A stretch of 64,000 nt of DNA from assembly GCA_013265495.1 (NCBI GenBank), contig MU058337.1, forward strand, positions 3,502,686-3,566,685, in the 5' to 3' direction. A program made the translations under genes and the position numbers. The DNA is from Vicugna vicugna. Taxonomy: Eukaryota. This document shows positions 12,866-26,943 of this stretch, piece after piece (position 1 is the stretch's first letter; every line of letters starts with the position of its first letter). A model generated the notes under the pieces. The model made no database searches, was not told the DNA's origin, and saw nothing but the letters and a program-made list of their open reading frames with translations.

Positions 12866-14784
12866 AATCAAATGGCCAGATAAGGAGAAAACAGTAACAT
12901 GTATTTGAAAAATGATCAGATTTTACTGTATTTGTTTGATGTTATAATGCTTAGATTTAGATGGTATTTCAAGGCTGATTTCCATGGTGATGCCAAATAT
13001 TTTCTGATATATTTACCTTCTAGGACACAATAGAAAAAGAGGCCACAAATAAAAATGTTTGAGGATTCTATTGCTAGCATCCAAATTTGCATTCAAAGAT
13101 CCATTATTTATATTCTTCATAAGTGCATGTATATTTATTTTGGTAACCTACTCATAACTTTATCATCTGAAATGACATTTGCGATGGCTGCATTATGCTA
13201 GGTAATAGAAATGACATCTATGGAAGGTAATTTCAAATGGATCGATCAATCCACGGATTAAGAAATGAATCCAGAAATAAGAAGCAACAAACCGGTAAAT
13301 AGCTTATACTTTCACCTCACACAAAGGAACGTCATAATTTTTTATGGCCATTGACTGTAAAAATTATGCATATTCAGATACAATCCTTGTTAGGGAACTA
13401 AATGAAAAAATTAAAAAGATTTTTCAATCAATAAGAAGCAGTAAATCAAGCTAATGCAATGGCATTTTGATGTCTACTGTATTTTAAGTTATCTTCTTAG
13501 GTAAAATTCCCAGCGCTCTTTCCTGCAGGCATGCACTCAGATGTACTTTTTCTTTCTCCTTTCCGTTAAATAGACATGCTCCTTTTACATTAGAATTTGT
13601 TTTTCGTTTTTTTCATTTAAGTTGGAGAAACATAAGCTGTTTTAGAACTGACCTTTAATTGTAGAGTCGACATCAACATAACAGATAAACAGATCTGAAC
13701 ACATCATTGTAATAGAAATCTTTTTAATTTTCCCATGGTTTGGAACATCATACATTAAAATACTACAGAGTTGATAAAAGATAGAATACCGTTAATGGAA
13801 CAGGAAGTGCCTATTACGTTTCCAGTTAGAGACGGCTGTTGCTGTAACTATAGACATTGTTTTGTTTCCTGTGTTTGGGTGGTATACGTTCAATTTCTCT
13901 GAAAGAAAAGGCTCCTCTGATGGAGAATACTATTTAGCCATTACAGTTCAGATTCAGAGATAGCACTGTGGGTTTTTTTTTCGTATTTCAAAATTATGTT
14001 TATTAGTATTTTTATAGTAGATATGAGGGCGTATTTTTTAATACAAAGTTCATACATGTCTCTAATAATATTTCTAAATATCTAGACTGTTTTATTTTAA
14101 TTTGTGTTGTTGTTGAGATTATATTTACCCTCATGTCTCTTCATTGGGTTTGCTATCACATAGGAACCCAACATTGTATATATTTATGCACTCGATTGAA
14201 GAGCTTTCCAACCTGTGTCAGGCATTATGCTCCATACCTCTTAGTATCATTTGCGGGCCACTGGGCCTTGATTTTTTTCAGGCTTCGGCATGACCTGAGG
14301 ATTTCTAACTATGGAAAGTGAGAATTTGGCTCTGTCATATCCACAATGTGAGTAACACCTTCCCTTCTCCCTCAGCCAAACCAGTTCTCTTAATTCTGGC
14401 CAGATAAAAGGCAGTGTTTACACACTGACTAGTCCCGCATCAGCTCAGGCCAGGCACGTGGGATCTGACAGGGGGCATTCTAAGGTGGCGTGTCTCTTCC
14501 ATCACTTTGTTTTCCCTGGAGTCAATAATGGTCTGACATTCTTACTTGCTTAACTTTTCTGCCCTTTCCATTAAATTATCTCCTAGTTCTCATCACCTTT
14601 GAATAATTTCAGACACCTGGGCCTTTTCTTCATTCTCCTGTGTAAAATTCTCAGCTACGTGGGTCTCATGGCTTCCTGATCCATGGTTTGGTCCTTCTTC
14701 TGGGGATGAAGGCCATATTGAGGATGAAGATAAAAATGCGTGAAAATGCGTATATGAAATTGTTTTTAATTGTAGACTCACGCA

Positions 14785-15330
14785 TAATTGGCTGACTATA
14801 GAACCAGTGTTGGGAAATCCTTTCCTTCAGTAAAACCTGCTCTTTGGAAGGTATTATCTTCCATCTAGTTTCAAATTTTGCTTTTGAGACATTGATTCTT
14901 AGTTACATTCATGCTTCCCCCCAGAAGCCTTTAGGGATCATCTTTGTTCCCACTGAACTGAAGTTTGGAATGATGGGCCCTGTTTTACATCTGTTTTCAT
15001 TAATTGACTGGGAACGAGGTGACCCAAGCAGTCAGACAATTCACGTCCTTCCGTGTGGGGAAATTTCCTAGACTTTGATAGTTCCTTCCCCTCAATTTTC
15101 TCTATTACTTTTGTGAAACTCCAATTTGAGTTTTTGGGCCTAATGTACTGATTCCTTAAAAATATAAGCATTTCTTTCTTATGTCATACTTTTGTCTTTT
15201 TATTACAGTTTATGTGTTGTTTCCTCAAATCTTATCTTCCAGTCATTTTCCTTTAAAAAAAAAATTAACTACTGTTCTTTTCTAGTGATTACTCTTTATT
15301 TTCCAAATGTCCTCTGCATCCTGATCATAA
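14785..15330 (-). mobile_element. Old L1/HAL1 ORF1-region fragment
   Basis: T-rich antisense L1-like sequence (tggctgactataga..., ttctattacttttgtgaaactccaatt). Confidence 0.5.
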
Positions 15331-16569
15331 ACCCTGGTGACTCACCCATCTAAGAATATTTTCCCCTTTTATCTTACTGTTCCTTCTAAGTTACGTGAAT
15401 GAGTGTGTGTGTGTTTGTGCACATACTGAGGAAAGTATCAGGTTGGTTTTTGAAACTGTACTTAGTAAACAGCAGCCACAGAAGAACTGTAGGGTGCCTG
15501 CAATTTTACCTTGCTGGGCAGGGAATTGAGGATGGGGTCTATGGGTGAACAATTTCCTTATGCCTCATCCTATTTTGTAAAACTAATATGTGGGTAGGTC
15601 AATTTTTTCTTTCAATGCAGCTGTGTAAGCATTATAGTTTGTGGAAATTAATCGAGAAATCTGAAAATGACTTTTTCTAACTTACCATTTGAGGAGTGCT
15701 AGTGATTTACATTGTAGCTTTTAATGCCATATAGATTTAGTTGATTTTATTTCATTTTATTCCCAAACAGGGAAAATAGAAATCTGGCCTGCACCATTTT
15801 GGCTCACACAATTCCTACTCTGAAAATGTTTGCTGAAGATTTAAACATAGTTATTTCTATGAATGCTTCAACCATATTTTTATAAGAGCATTCAATCTTT
15901 TGCTTACAAACGTTTAGCTATTTTTAACATAGAATGTGTTGGTAGCTTACATTTCATGTGTGTATTTTCATAATTATATTTATTTTTCCATATGATTTTG
16001 AAAAATAAAAATTTCGATTTCTATGTTAGAAATGAGATAAAAATTTCTTCTAAGGAAACAGCTGGCTAGAAATGGTATTTAATTACTGGCAAGCATTGCT
16101 ACTTCAAAGAGTGTGAGGACTGCTTCACAGGGAGATGTTTTGATTTGGTTAGATTCTCTATTTGTATTTATAGACTTCATAAAATTATTTTAATCTTTCT
16201 CATTTGATCTGGGTTAATGTTTGCTAATAGATATTTTGACTTGTAAACAGATAAAAGATCAAAATTTCTCCTAAGAGAACAACCACTGAAAAAGGTGCAA
16301 AGATATCTTTAAAGGTGTCCCACCTACTTGAAAACGGAAATGGAAAGAGATTACAGTTCCACCCATGTTCAACAATGACTCCAGAGAATGAAGTCCCCAC
16401 CACTCCTCATTACCCTTAGGATAAGAATAAGATTTTCTTGGGGGCTCAGCAGATAGTCAGTTCTGTCAGATGATCCAAGTGATCCTGGAAAGTGCACATC
16501 TCTGAGCAGAACGAAATCACCTGCTTATGTTATTTAGTTCTAATGTGTTAACAGTATTATTCCAATGTT

Positions 16570-17110
16570 TAATAATCTTACCAATCTGATTGGTTTATCA
16601 ATTACTGAAGTAGGTGTGATAAAGCCCCTATCAATATGGATTCATCTATTTCTCCGTGCAATTATTCTATTTTGTGTTTTACTTATTTGGGGCCTATATT
16701 ATTACATACATCTTAATATCCCTGTTCAGTGGACCCTTCAGCCTTATGACATATCCCTTTTACCTCTAATGATACTTTTTGCCTCAAATTATGTTTTTTC
16801 TAACGTCATTGGAGATAATAAACACTTTATTTTTATGCTTGTATGCTACATTTTTCAGTCCTTAGGATTCCAATGTTCTGCATCCTTTTACTGAATATCT
16901 GTATTTTTGAAGCAAAATGGTTTTATTTTGTTTTGTTTTGTCTTGTTTTTCTTTAGTCTGTCAATGTTTTCATTGTGGTATTTAGCTCATTTACATGTAA
17001 ATGAAATATGAACGTATTTTGGTTTAAATCTACCATCTAATTATTTACTGTCATCTTATTATTTTTACTAGAATTGCCTGTTCTGTGTCTTTTTCCTTTT
17101 CCTTTTTTCA
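16570..17110 (-). mobile_element. Old L1M ORF2 endonuclease-region fragment
   Basis: tatcaattactgaagtaggtgtgataaagcccc...ggattcatctatttctcc...catttacatgtaaatg...ggtttaaatctaccatc. Confidence 0.75.
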
Positions 17111-18004
17111 ACTTGAGTGACTACAGAATATTTTATCACATCTCATAGGTACCTTTGCAAATCTTCTTGACCTCACCTCTCACTCCACTGCTGCAGTGAA
17201 CAGCTCTGCTTTGTGCAGACACAACCCAACAACACGCTGAGTAAAGGTGTACGTCAGTCTTCCTGCCGTGGGCTCGGAGATCAAGCATAAACAAGCTGGA
17301 AAGGGGGATAGGTTAAACCCCATTGGGCCACATTTGACGACTGACATACACTGTTTTCCACAATTTTCTCTCATGGATGAAGGTCTTGGTTGTTACATCA
17401 AGAAAGCAACAAGGACTCGTCAAAGTGCTTGCTGTGGGTGAAAAACAAGTCTACACTGAGTGGTGGAAGATGAAGAAGATTGATATAAATTCTTCTAAAA
17501 AAAAAAACCAAAATAAATTATAGCCAGTTTTGGTAGCAGTCTTACATCCAAAACAGAGAAGTAAAGATTTCACTATATTTTCAATCAGTCACTAAACCTC
17601 TTGACTATTTTATTATAACTTGTGCCTCACATTTTAAGAATTTGAATAAGGGTATATAGATTGGGGCAGCTCATCCTACATGATTTTATTGTTGTCATTG
17701 GGAAAGCAAGTGCAGAAACACAGGGCACCTAGAACAAAACAAGATCACTAAAAAGACTTGGTTATAGGCAACACACTTCAAATATTTTATTTATCTTTTA
17801 AACAGAGTATATAAGGTGAAAGAGAATGAGCTCGTATATCCTAAAAAGAAAAAGCAAAATCTTTAAGAAGAGGGAGCACGAGTGAATCCTTCCTAAACCA
17901 TTCAAACTTAATTTGCTTTGACGACTATTTTATGTTTACCCTATTATTGCATTTTTAAAATAAGTATTAATATTGTTCCAATATTTATTTCTTAAATTAG
18001 ATGT

Positions 18005-18117
18005 TTAGATTATCATGGATAGGTTTTGTCCTCGTCTTACTTCTATTCCCAGATTCTAACACTGTATTTGGAGTTCAGTGGAAACTAAATTTATGCTGAA
18101 TGAAGGAATGAATAAAC
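18005..18117 (+). mobile_element. L2 extreme 3' end
   Basis: ctaacactgtatttgg...tttatgctgaatgaaggaatgaataaa ends in a (TGAA)n-like tail. Confidence 0.5.
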
Positions 18118-20114
18118 TATTATTTACCTATCAAAATTTTGCATCAGATTGATTCTGAATGAGCCTCAGAATTTAACGTTACTCTGTTACTGAGAAGATA
18201 AGGTCGAATACTATCATGACTGTTGTGTATTGAATGAAATACAAAGCAAAATGAATTTTAGAACAGTAAAGTGAGGAAAAGTGAGGAAAAGCTAAACAAA
18301 AGTGCTTCATAAGAGAATAGCTGGAAAGGAAGAAAGACTTGGAACAATTTTGTCCTTATTTTAAAGAAGTTATTTAGACATTTCCCCTACATATTAGTGA
18401 TTTTATGAATTGGATAAATAGACAAATATTGATAATTGAAAGAGTAAATTGTGTTCTTAAAGGGACCAGATTTTCATGTGCATCTAATTGACAAGTTCCT
18501 CTGCACAGAGTAAACTCACTGGAATCTCTATTTAGATGTCAAAATCAATCCATATGTAATGGTGCCAATAAACCATTAAATAAAAATGATTACATGAGAC
18601 TCAAGCAAAAAAAATGATGGAACATAGAAGCATGTATAAATTAAGAATAAAATGACCAAGAAATATTATAAAAATAACACAGGGATTGTCAATGATAAAA
18701 CACATCTTGACAAGAACTCTATGTAATTTTTCTTTATCATCAAAACTCTCTCGCTAAAGGCTGGCATCTCAAGCTGGCTTGATAAAACCTAACGAAATCA
18801 AAACTCCATGTGGAAAGGCTTGTGGCATCTTTCTTTGAGCTTTGAGAGCTTTTCCTTTGCACAGCATCTGTTTCTGCCATCTTGGGAGGAAACAATATGA
18901 TGAGAAATAGCACAATATTCTTCAAGATGATTTTGCAGAGAAATCAAACGCTCAAGTGAACTTAAAAAATGATAAAAAGTGACTAAGAAATGAAAGTACT
19001 TGATATTTACATGTACTATCTTCACTTAAAAAATGTTAACATTGTGACTAAAAACCATCAAAATATTGTTTTTTCTTAGATTGAAGAAACTAACATATTT
19101 TAAAGAAGCCTTTTAAAATTAGAATAAAAAGATGACTCTTTCAATCTCAAAATAAATGACTCCTGTAGTCCCCAATTCTACATTGTTCAGACTCAAAGAA
19201 ACATCTTTGATTATTTTTGAAGTAAAAGGAAAGTCAACACAAAGTGAAAGAAATGTCAGTAAGCACCTGTCCATCACAAAAGAATAGTTGTCCTTTCTGA
19301 ACCACACTTAATTTTGATTGAAGAAGAATTAGTATCATCATTAACTGCTTTTATGTTAGTCATTTTCCTGCCTGTCCATCAAAGAAGAAAAACTCCTGTG
19401 TCTACCACTGAAACTAACAAATAGGTAAGGCCTCTGACCTTGCCAGGCACTGACATCTCTGTCTCCCATTTGTCATTTGATCTGAGGTTGTCAGCAAACA
19501 GATGTCTCCTTTAGCCTAAGGCATACTCTGAGTTACTAGGGCAGCTGTTGCTATGACATTTGATGAAGGTAGGGAAAGTGATGATAATGTGATTTGTAGG
19601 TCTGTCTGCAGTAAGTGCTTGAGAGTTTAAGATGGGAAAGATGGATTCCCTGCTAATTTGTTCATGCTCGTTTTAAAACAATGCTTTTAGTTGAATGTAA
19701 TTTCCTCTGCCGCACGTATTTTTTCCTTTAAAGTGCCTCCGAAAAATAATTTATAAGGAGGTGAACTGTGCCTAGGAAATGCCTCTATTTAATGTCCGAA
19801 TTCTAAATGTTTTTCACACGATACAATGATATAACTTCCAGTAGTCTCGCCTCTTTAAAGGCAAATGTATGTCAGTTATCACTGCTCATTCTCATAATGA
19901 ATATATACATAAACAAGGGATAGTTTATTATACTAATATGAGCACAGGGATTCTAACATGCTTTAGTAAACATAGAAGAGTCAATAAAAAGTTTTGGGTT
20001 GTAAGGGAGATCACCTCCACATATTGTGTGAATTTCCATTTCACGTGCATAAACATCATATTCACCTACTGAGCGTTTTCAGTATGTACATAATTGTGCT
20101 TCAAGAACAGTACT

Positions 20115-20250
20115 GGGGGGAGGGTCTAGCTCAAGCGGTAGAGCACATGCTTAGCATGCATGAGGGCCTGGGTTCAATCCCCAGTACCTCCATTAAAATA
20201 AACAAATAAATAAACATCTAATTACCACCCCTCCCCCCACCAAAAAAAGA
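20115..20250 (+). mobile_element. vic-1-type tRNA-Ala SINE, long form
   Basis: ggggggagggtctagctcaagcggtagagcacatgcttagcatgcatgagggcctgggttcaatccccagtacctcca, then aataaa repeats, ctaattaccacccctcccc and an A-tail; degenerate TSD aagaacagtact / aagaaaaatatt. Confidence 0.92.
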
Positions 20251-23200
20251 AAAATATTAAGGGTCCTGTTCCTCAGTTTTAGGATTATTTCAAAAACATA
20301 AATTACATTTTCATATTTGTTGACATCAGCATTGGGACGGGCAGATTAATATAAATGTAATAGTATTTTCAGGATAATGGTACATTTTATTTTTGCTTCT
20401 ATGAATGATAATTTATAATTTAGTATATTTACATGAGTAATCAAAATGGATCCTAGTTAAGCTCAAAAAACATGGCCATAATAACTAGTTAAAAGTTGGA
20501 GCACTATGATTATATTTAACATAGTTATTATGAATCTATGAATAGAGAAAATGTTGAATTTGAAACTAAGCCAACATTATCTCTAGTACTTTGATAAAGG
20601 CAAGTCCCATCTTGCCTTTTAGCTGAGACTCTTCAAGTCTCAGCTTCTTGACATATAAATTAAGACTAATGGTAACTATCTTGAAAGATTATTGCCATCA
20701 CTCAATTAATATTCATGAACCACCCAACACCGTGCCTCCCCTATAGTATATGCAACAGTTTTACACATACAGTAAATGAGTACTTCTATTATTTCTGTCA
20801 TACTAAGGTTGTGCAGTCCCAAAGAGAAAAGTGTGTGCTTGCATAAGTGTGCACACATGCGTGTGTGTGTTTTGTGTATGTGTGTATGGTCAAATAAATG
20901 ATGAAGAAATGGAAACTCTTATTGTATTTAATAAATCTACCTGAGTTCTCAGGAAAACAAAATCTACTCCTCTGTTAAAATAGGTAAATCTTACAGTAAC
21001 TTAGGGGCACATCTTAAATCTTCTGCAAATATGCTCAGTTCTACATGGGTCAAGGTAAGGGGAGGGTTATTCTTAGGCCTTAGAAAGAGACAGATATGAG
21101 ACCCAAGCAAGTCTTGCCCTGCTGTGTAGCAGGCCACATGCTGCCTTGCAAAAATGCCCACATAAGTGTTACTGCATTTTATAGTAGATAATAGGCCCTT
21201 GCTATTTCCAGAACAAACCTAAAGTAAAATTTTCTAGGACATCTTTTAAAGTCGAATTGAATGGCAACTCAATCCAGAATCACTGGCAACTTGAACAGCA
21301 TTCTTCCATAAAGCAATTTCATTATTTTAAATAATTAAGGTTTGCTTTTCTTCAAATAATGTCTTTTTTATTTCCCTGATATAGTCATGGAAGACATGTA
21401 TTAATCTTTTCTGTAATTTTCCTCCAAATATGTGTTCATTTTAAATAGATCCATATATCAGCCATTGGTTTAAAATAATGTCTTCTTTTAAATAATTATT
21501 TAAATGAAGTACATGCTTTAAAAAGTTTATTTAAATATCCAGTGGTATACGATTCTTCTGACCGATAAATTTTGTTTAAATTTCACTCCAATGTATGTAA
21601 AACTCTCACAAATGATCTCAGCTGATCTAGTTAGAATAAAACTATAAATATTATATAGATATCAAGGACTTTCTTTTGTGAGTGAGGACAGGTTAAGTAA
21701 CCATGTAAACTGTCATTTGACACTGAAAACTATTAAGGAAAATTGCTCTCAGTTGAAAAAAATCTTGTGAGTAAAACCAGATAAAATTAGAAGGCGCATT
21801 TTTGAGTGGAAGGCTTGACACTCTTCAAAACTTATTGATTAAAAAAAAAGTATTGATTTAAATTTGTTAAACATTTGCTCATGTTTTGACCAAAATAAGG
21901 AGGAGGGTACACTTTATTTAGAGATGTCAGTAATTTTTTAATTTAATAAAAGGTTCCACACAATTGGCATGATTGACTCTCTAAAGTTTCAATTAGACAT
22001 TAGATTGAGCACAGAAATGCTCAATTATATCCACAGATTTTATTTAATCTCCAGCCAAGCACATTAAGAACGCAGTCTCATAACCTTGAACACACATTGT
22101 GTTAGTAATGCTTTTAGAACCTCAAGAAGCAGGAATGAAGAAGTGGGAAGAAGAAGGTTAATTCAAACAAATTTGGCTGGAAACAGTATCGCTATTTTGG
22201 AGGTAAGAAGGCTTGAAAAATTGTGCTAGTTCCTATTGAGAACAACCCAGGGACTGTGTGTTTGGCACAGATTTCACATCTGTTATGACGATACACATCT
22301 GATTCACAATAACATTTGCAGAATTTAGTGATGTGGGCATTACATGACCCTGGATGTAATGGGCACAGAGAAAATGCTGACGAACAACACGGTGAGAGAC
22401 TTAATGGATAAGCATCAGGAAGATGATTATGGCATCAATGAAAAAATGCTCTCGATAATCTCTTATTGTTGATAAGTGATATAAAACCCACCAAAAATGA
22501 CACACCAGAAATCTTAACAGATGGCAAGCCATCTTAATCAAGCAAATTAAGGGATCATACATTTAAAAAATAAAATAGTAGGCTATTTGACACGCACCGT
22601 AATTACACTGGATATATTGCTTTCAATAAACGTTAAAGGACAAATTAGCATTAGTCGTGCCAACTACATTTCCAAATCTGCTTTTCAAGCTTATAATTAA
22701 ATCCTAAATTATTACTGCCGCAAATTAACAGTTTTAATGTAATGCAGACATTGTAATCATCAGCATGTAGTGGTTTTTTAAATGGATTGTCTAATGCAGA
22801 TTTAAACAATATTCACCTCCGTAAACAGTAAATACAAATAGCCTTTTCAGTTTTGCAAGAGAAAACCGCATGAGGCAGACTTCTCTGCTGTCTACCTTTC
22901 TCAACCAAGAAGGAAAGCTTGACTCACAGGAGAAATGGTGCAGTAATAATGGCGTCTGCTTCACCCAAAGCAATGACAATCTTGGAATACAGTTGTTCAG
23001 AATTTTCGTTTTTACAAAAAGCGAAGGAGACTACACTATCTTGACGGGATGGTGAGTGCTATGAAGTCACTCCATGGGAGTGAGTCCTTCAGCCAGACCT
23101 TCCAGGCTGCCAGACCTTCACCAGCCAACAAGATTCCAACAGTCTCACTGAGTACATGATCTCAGTTAATTCTCACAGCTTTCTAAGTGATTTTTTTATT

Positions 23201-23649
23201 ACAGCAGCTTATAGGGAAATAAATTTTAATACATTTATTACACATTTGGAGTCTTGTCAAATTCCACTCCAAGCTCTCAATGTTTAACTGTTTTGATGCA
23301 AATTGATGTTCTGTGGCATCTGTCCTCACGCCTCCGCCTCATGTTGTGTGTCTGCTCCCAAGTCTGTGGTTTGGGATTGAACAATTAACGATATACTGCA
23401 GTTGAAAGTATAATCACAAACAGCAAGGTGTCATTCAATCAGGCTGATCATATGAACTTGGGGATAATAAAATTACCTCTTTAATGATCATGTAATCAAT
23501 GAAGACTTCATAGTGAAAAAGGCAAATTAAAGATTATGTACAAAGGTAGCGTTTTCTTTTTAAAGCAGGAGAAATGAATAAGAAACGTTTGTAAATCCTG
23601 GACTTCAATGAGCACTGATGACAGCCTAAGGAATCAAAATTAATGATGG

Positions 23650-23651
<2 letters not shown>

Positions 23652-23681
<30 letters not shown>
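23652..23681. repeat. (AC)15 microsatellite
   Basis: Perfect dinucleotide run seen directly. Confidence 0.97.
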
Positions 23682-23683
<2 letters not shown>

Positions 23684-24059
23684 TTATCAGTATTATTATC
23701 AATGTTCTTTGCACCAATTCTTTTACTCAAAGAAGACTAAACCCTGATGTACTTTAATCTTTGACACAATTTTAAGTAAAATAATCTCAGCAGTGACTTA
23801 TTTCCAGCACTTTTTTTTTTCATTTTATGGTTTGAACCACAGGTCAAATCTTTACCAACTTAAGAAGCCACTTAGAATTCTGAAGGAAAAATTTGTAATT
23901 CTGTTGTCAACTATAATTGCCAAATTCAAATTAGAAATAATATAATAAAGGTGTAGGAAAAGAAAAACTCATCAGCCTCTTTCTAAGCCCTCTTATTTAT
24001 CTACTCTCTGCCTTAGTAAGACTACCATTCCAACTCAACTCAAAGGCATCTTAAATTTG

Positions 24060-24212
24060 TTAGTAATTACTCCATTCTCTTAAAAATGAAAGAGGCAATG
24101 ATAATGATAATGATGCTTACCTCATTTATTAGGAAGGATTTTGGTGAGCATAAAATGAGAAAAATTAAAGTGTCTTTTAAACTACAAAATACACTACAAA
24201 TCTAATAGTTAT
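24060..24212 (+). mobile_element. MIR3/MIRc fragment
   Basis: cttacctcatt...ggattttggtgagcataaaatgag...aaactacaaaatacactacaaatc. Confidence 0.45.
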
Positions 24213-24761
24213 GAGAAGTTGAAGTTGTCTTCAGTTTCTTCTTACTTGAGGATCATTGGGATGATCTCAAAATATATCACTTTAGGAAGATAACTGGGAA
24301 ATTTACTCCTTTTTCCTCTCTGCTGTACTGTCCACCTATGTCTCTGTTAAAAATATTTTATAATTTTTGTAACCCTGGTGCCTATAAAATGGCTGCTGAT
24401 TAATTTCTTTTTTCTTAGAAATGAACTCATAAACCTGAAAAAACACCTGCGTTGTACACCCTCTCTTGCAATCACTCAAAATCTTTTCATGAAAAACCCT
24501 TTACTCAAATAGGTGTGCAACAACACACCTGGACCCCAGCCACAAACACTGCCCTTGTTCTTTCTCTCCCATGGTTTGCATTGTATGTTAGCCATTCTAC
24601 ATCCAAGAAAGTTGACACATGGCACATCATTTTTTCTGCCCATTGCTTATTTAATGTACCACCTTTCATCCAGTGGATCAATCCTCTGAAGTAAGCTTTC
24701 CCTGCTGAGCATCACTTTTGTGGATTCTACACACAGTGTGTTGAGAGTTTACCACAATACC

Positions 24762-25279
24762 TGCTACCAATTCCAAACTTGTTCTGTTCACTGGATAACA
24801 GGCCAGTGAATCAGTAGACGAGGTGTTGGGGCAAGGAAGAACGACTTTATTCAGAAAGCCAGCAGACCAAGAAGATGGCAGACTAATGTCCTGGAGAACC
24901 ATCTGCCCCAGATCAGAATTCAGGCTCCTTTTATACTAAAAAGAGGGAAAGGGAATTAGATGTTGCCAACTTCTTGGTGTCAGAATCCTTTGTTCTGGCA
25001 GCCATCCACTTAAGTCAGGTCGTGATGTTTCCCGAAGATCTCCAACAAGACAAACGCTATTCTCTGTTCTGCAACTTTTTATCTCTGTGTGAATGGAAAA
25101 GTGTTACACCCTTAAAGGTCAGAGCTTTGAGATGGACTCTCCTGTATCTTTCAGGCTCTAGGCAACATTCTTTAACAAAAGGTGCAGAACCAGCAGGACT
25201 CAGCACTGGAAACGGAGCACAGGGTTAGAGCTAAAGGAACAGATTTAATGCGGAGTCAGAATTGTTCTTCCCTATTATG
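24762..25279 (-). mobile_element. ERV1-like solo LTR (about 520 bp)
   Basis: LTR layout on the minus strand: TATAAAA at 24929-24935, AATAAA at 24846-24851, terminal CA at 24762-24763; resembles cetartiodactyl ERV1 LTRs; no clear TSD. Confidence 0.8.
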
Positions 25280-26943
25280 TTTCTAAACCTTTGGTATTTT
25301 CTGGTTTGCCCTTATTTCCACATTTTGGAGGCCTCTCCACAACACCCTGAATCATACGCAAAAGGAAATGCGAATCACTCACTGTGCAACCTTCATGAGA
25401 ATTCTGTGTTACGGAGTCTCTGCATCTCACATACTCACTTCCATATGATCTTTCATTGTTTTTTTTTTTTTAAATTTTAATGAACACTTTATTTAACAAC
25501 TTTGGTTATTACTTAATAGTCATTAAATAATAATGATTATTAACAGCTATTACTAATCCAGATAAGGCCTACTATGCCCATATACTGAGTTTCACGCAGT
25601 ACATTTTGTTGTTGTTCGCTTGTTCTTTCAGTTTAGTTTGATTCGGTTCTCCCCACCTCATCCCCCACACCATGCACAAAGAATACTCATTCTTCTTCAC
25701 CAGAGCATCTGTATCCCTACTTCAGTCTACTGGCCAACAATCTAAACTATCATATTCAATTCAAAGTTTATATATGTAAATATTGCCCCCCTGAGTCTTA
25801 CATCTATTTATGCTGAGAAATTTTGAGTTCAGTCATATGCCAAACTCGTCACCTGAGATCCCCAGGTAGGGTTGACAGATCGGCGTGGCTATTCCTTCCT
25901 CTCCTCAGTGCGGAACACATACATATACGTGGACATGAGCATACACAAATTAGACAAAAGACTATGAAATACGGATTGAATGAGCACTCATTTATACTCA
26001 CAGAAATTAAGAATACACATTCTACAGTTAGAAGGTTTGTACTCAAATTCTGAGTCTGTCACTAATGGGGTGACAGACCTTTTGCCTCAATTCCATGCAC
26101 GATCTACATACCCAACTATGGCTGCCCACCAGTGAGCTCTATACCTGACACCCTCCGTCTCACCACGCTTGACCTAGTGTCCTGGACTTGACAGAGGGCT
26201 TAACGCTCCCCTACTTAGAGATTTAAACTGACTTTCTAGTGTCCTTTGTTTCCAGACCAGATCCTTCCAGATAAGTCAGAGGGTTTCTTTTTTTTTTTTT
26301 TTATTGCTAATTTAAAAAAAGCCTTAAGTAACTGTCAAAAGTGTCAATCAGAAAGGTGGTAGCTGAAATGAAGCCAGGCACAATGCTGACGTGGCTGACA
26401 ATTTGTTGGAAGTGGCAACAGCAATGAACCAAGGATGACAGAAAGATAACAATGAAATTGTGTTGACTAATAGACTATAATGGCCAAGAAAAACAGCTCT
26501 ACAAGACCAAGAAGAAAACCAGAAACCCCATCCAAATGTACTATTATTATGAGGGGTTGATTATAATATTTTAAATATTTACTTACAGCATAAAAGACCT
26601 GCTTCACAATAGCACTGTAAACAGAATGTAACTTTTAAGAGAAGTTCTTTATAATGAACTCTAGTCCTGCATCAACTTTATTATGAAGACTTATCTAAGA
26701 ATGAATGAGGGTAAGAGGCTACACAAAGTATTTAGGGAGAGTGGTAAACACTGATAGCCAGGGCTCCAATGAGCAATCAAACAGCAATCAGAAAAGTAAA
26801 GAGCAAATTTTTAAAAGGATTTAAATATTCTATTTATGTAAACAGTTGTTGCTTTCTTATCTTTTGTACTGGAAAATTAATATTGCCTCAAAATATAAAT
26901 GTGAACATGTCAGACCTTTATTATAAAGTATATAAATGCAAGG

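Noticed and set aside
22322..22391. 70-nt exon-like segment upstream of 22851
   Set aside because: Poor pyrimidine tract; splicing its open frame to 22851 gives an early stop
26290..26730. Possible old Tigger transposase remnant
   Set aside because: Resemblance too faint to call without an HMM search
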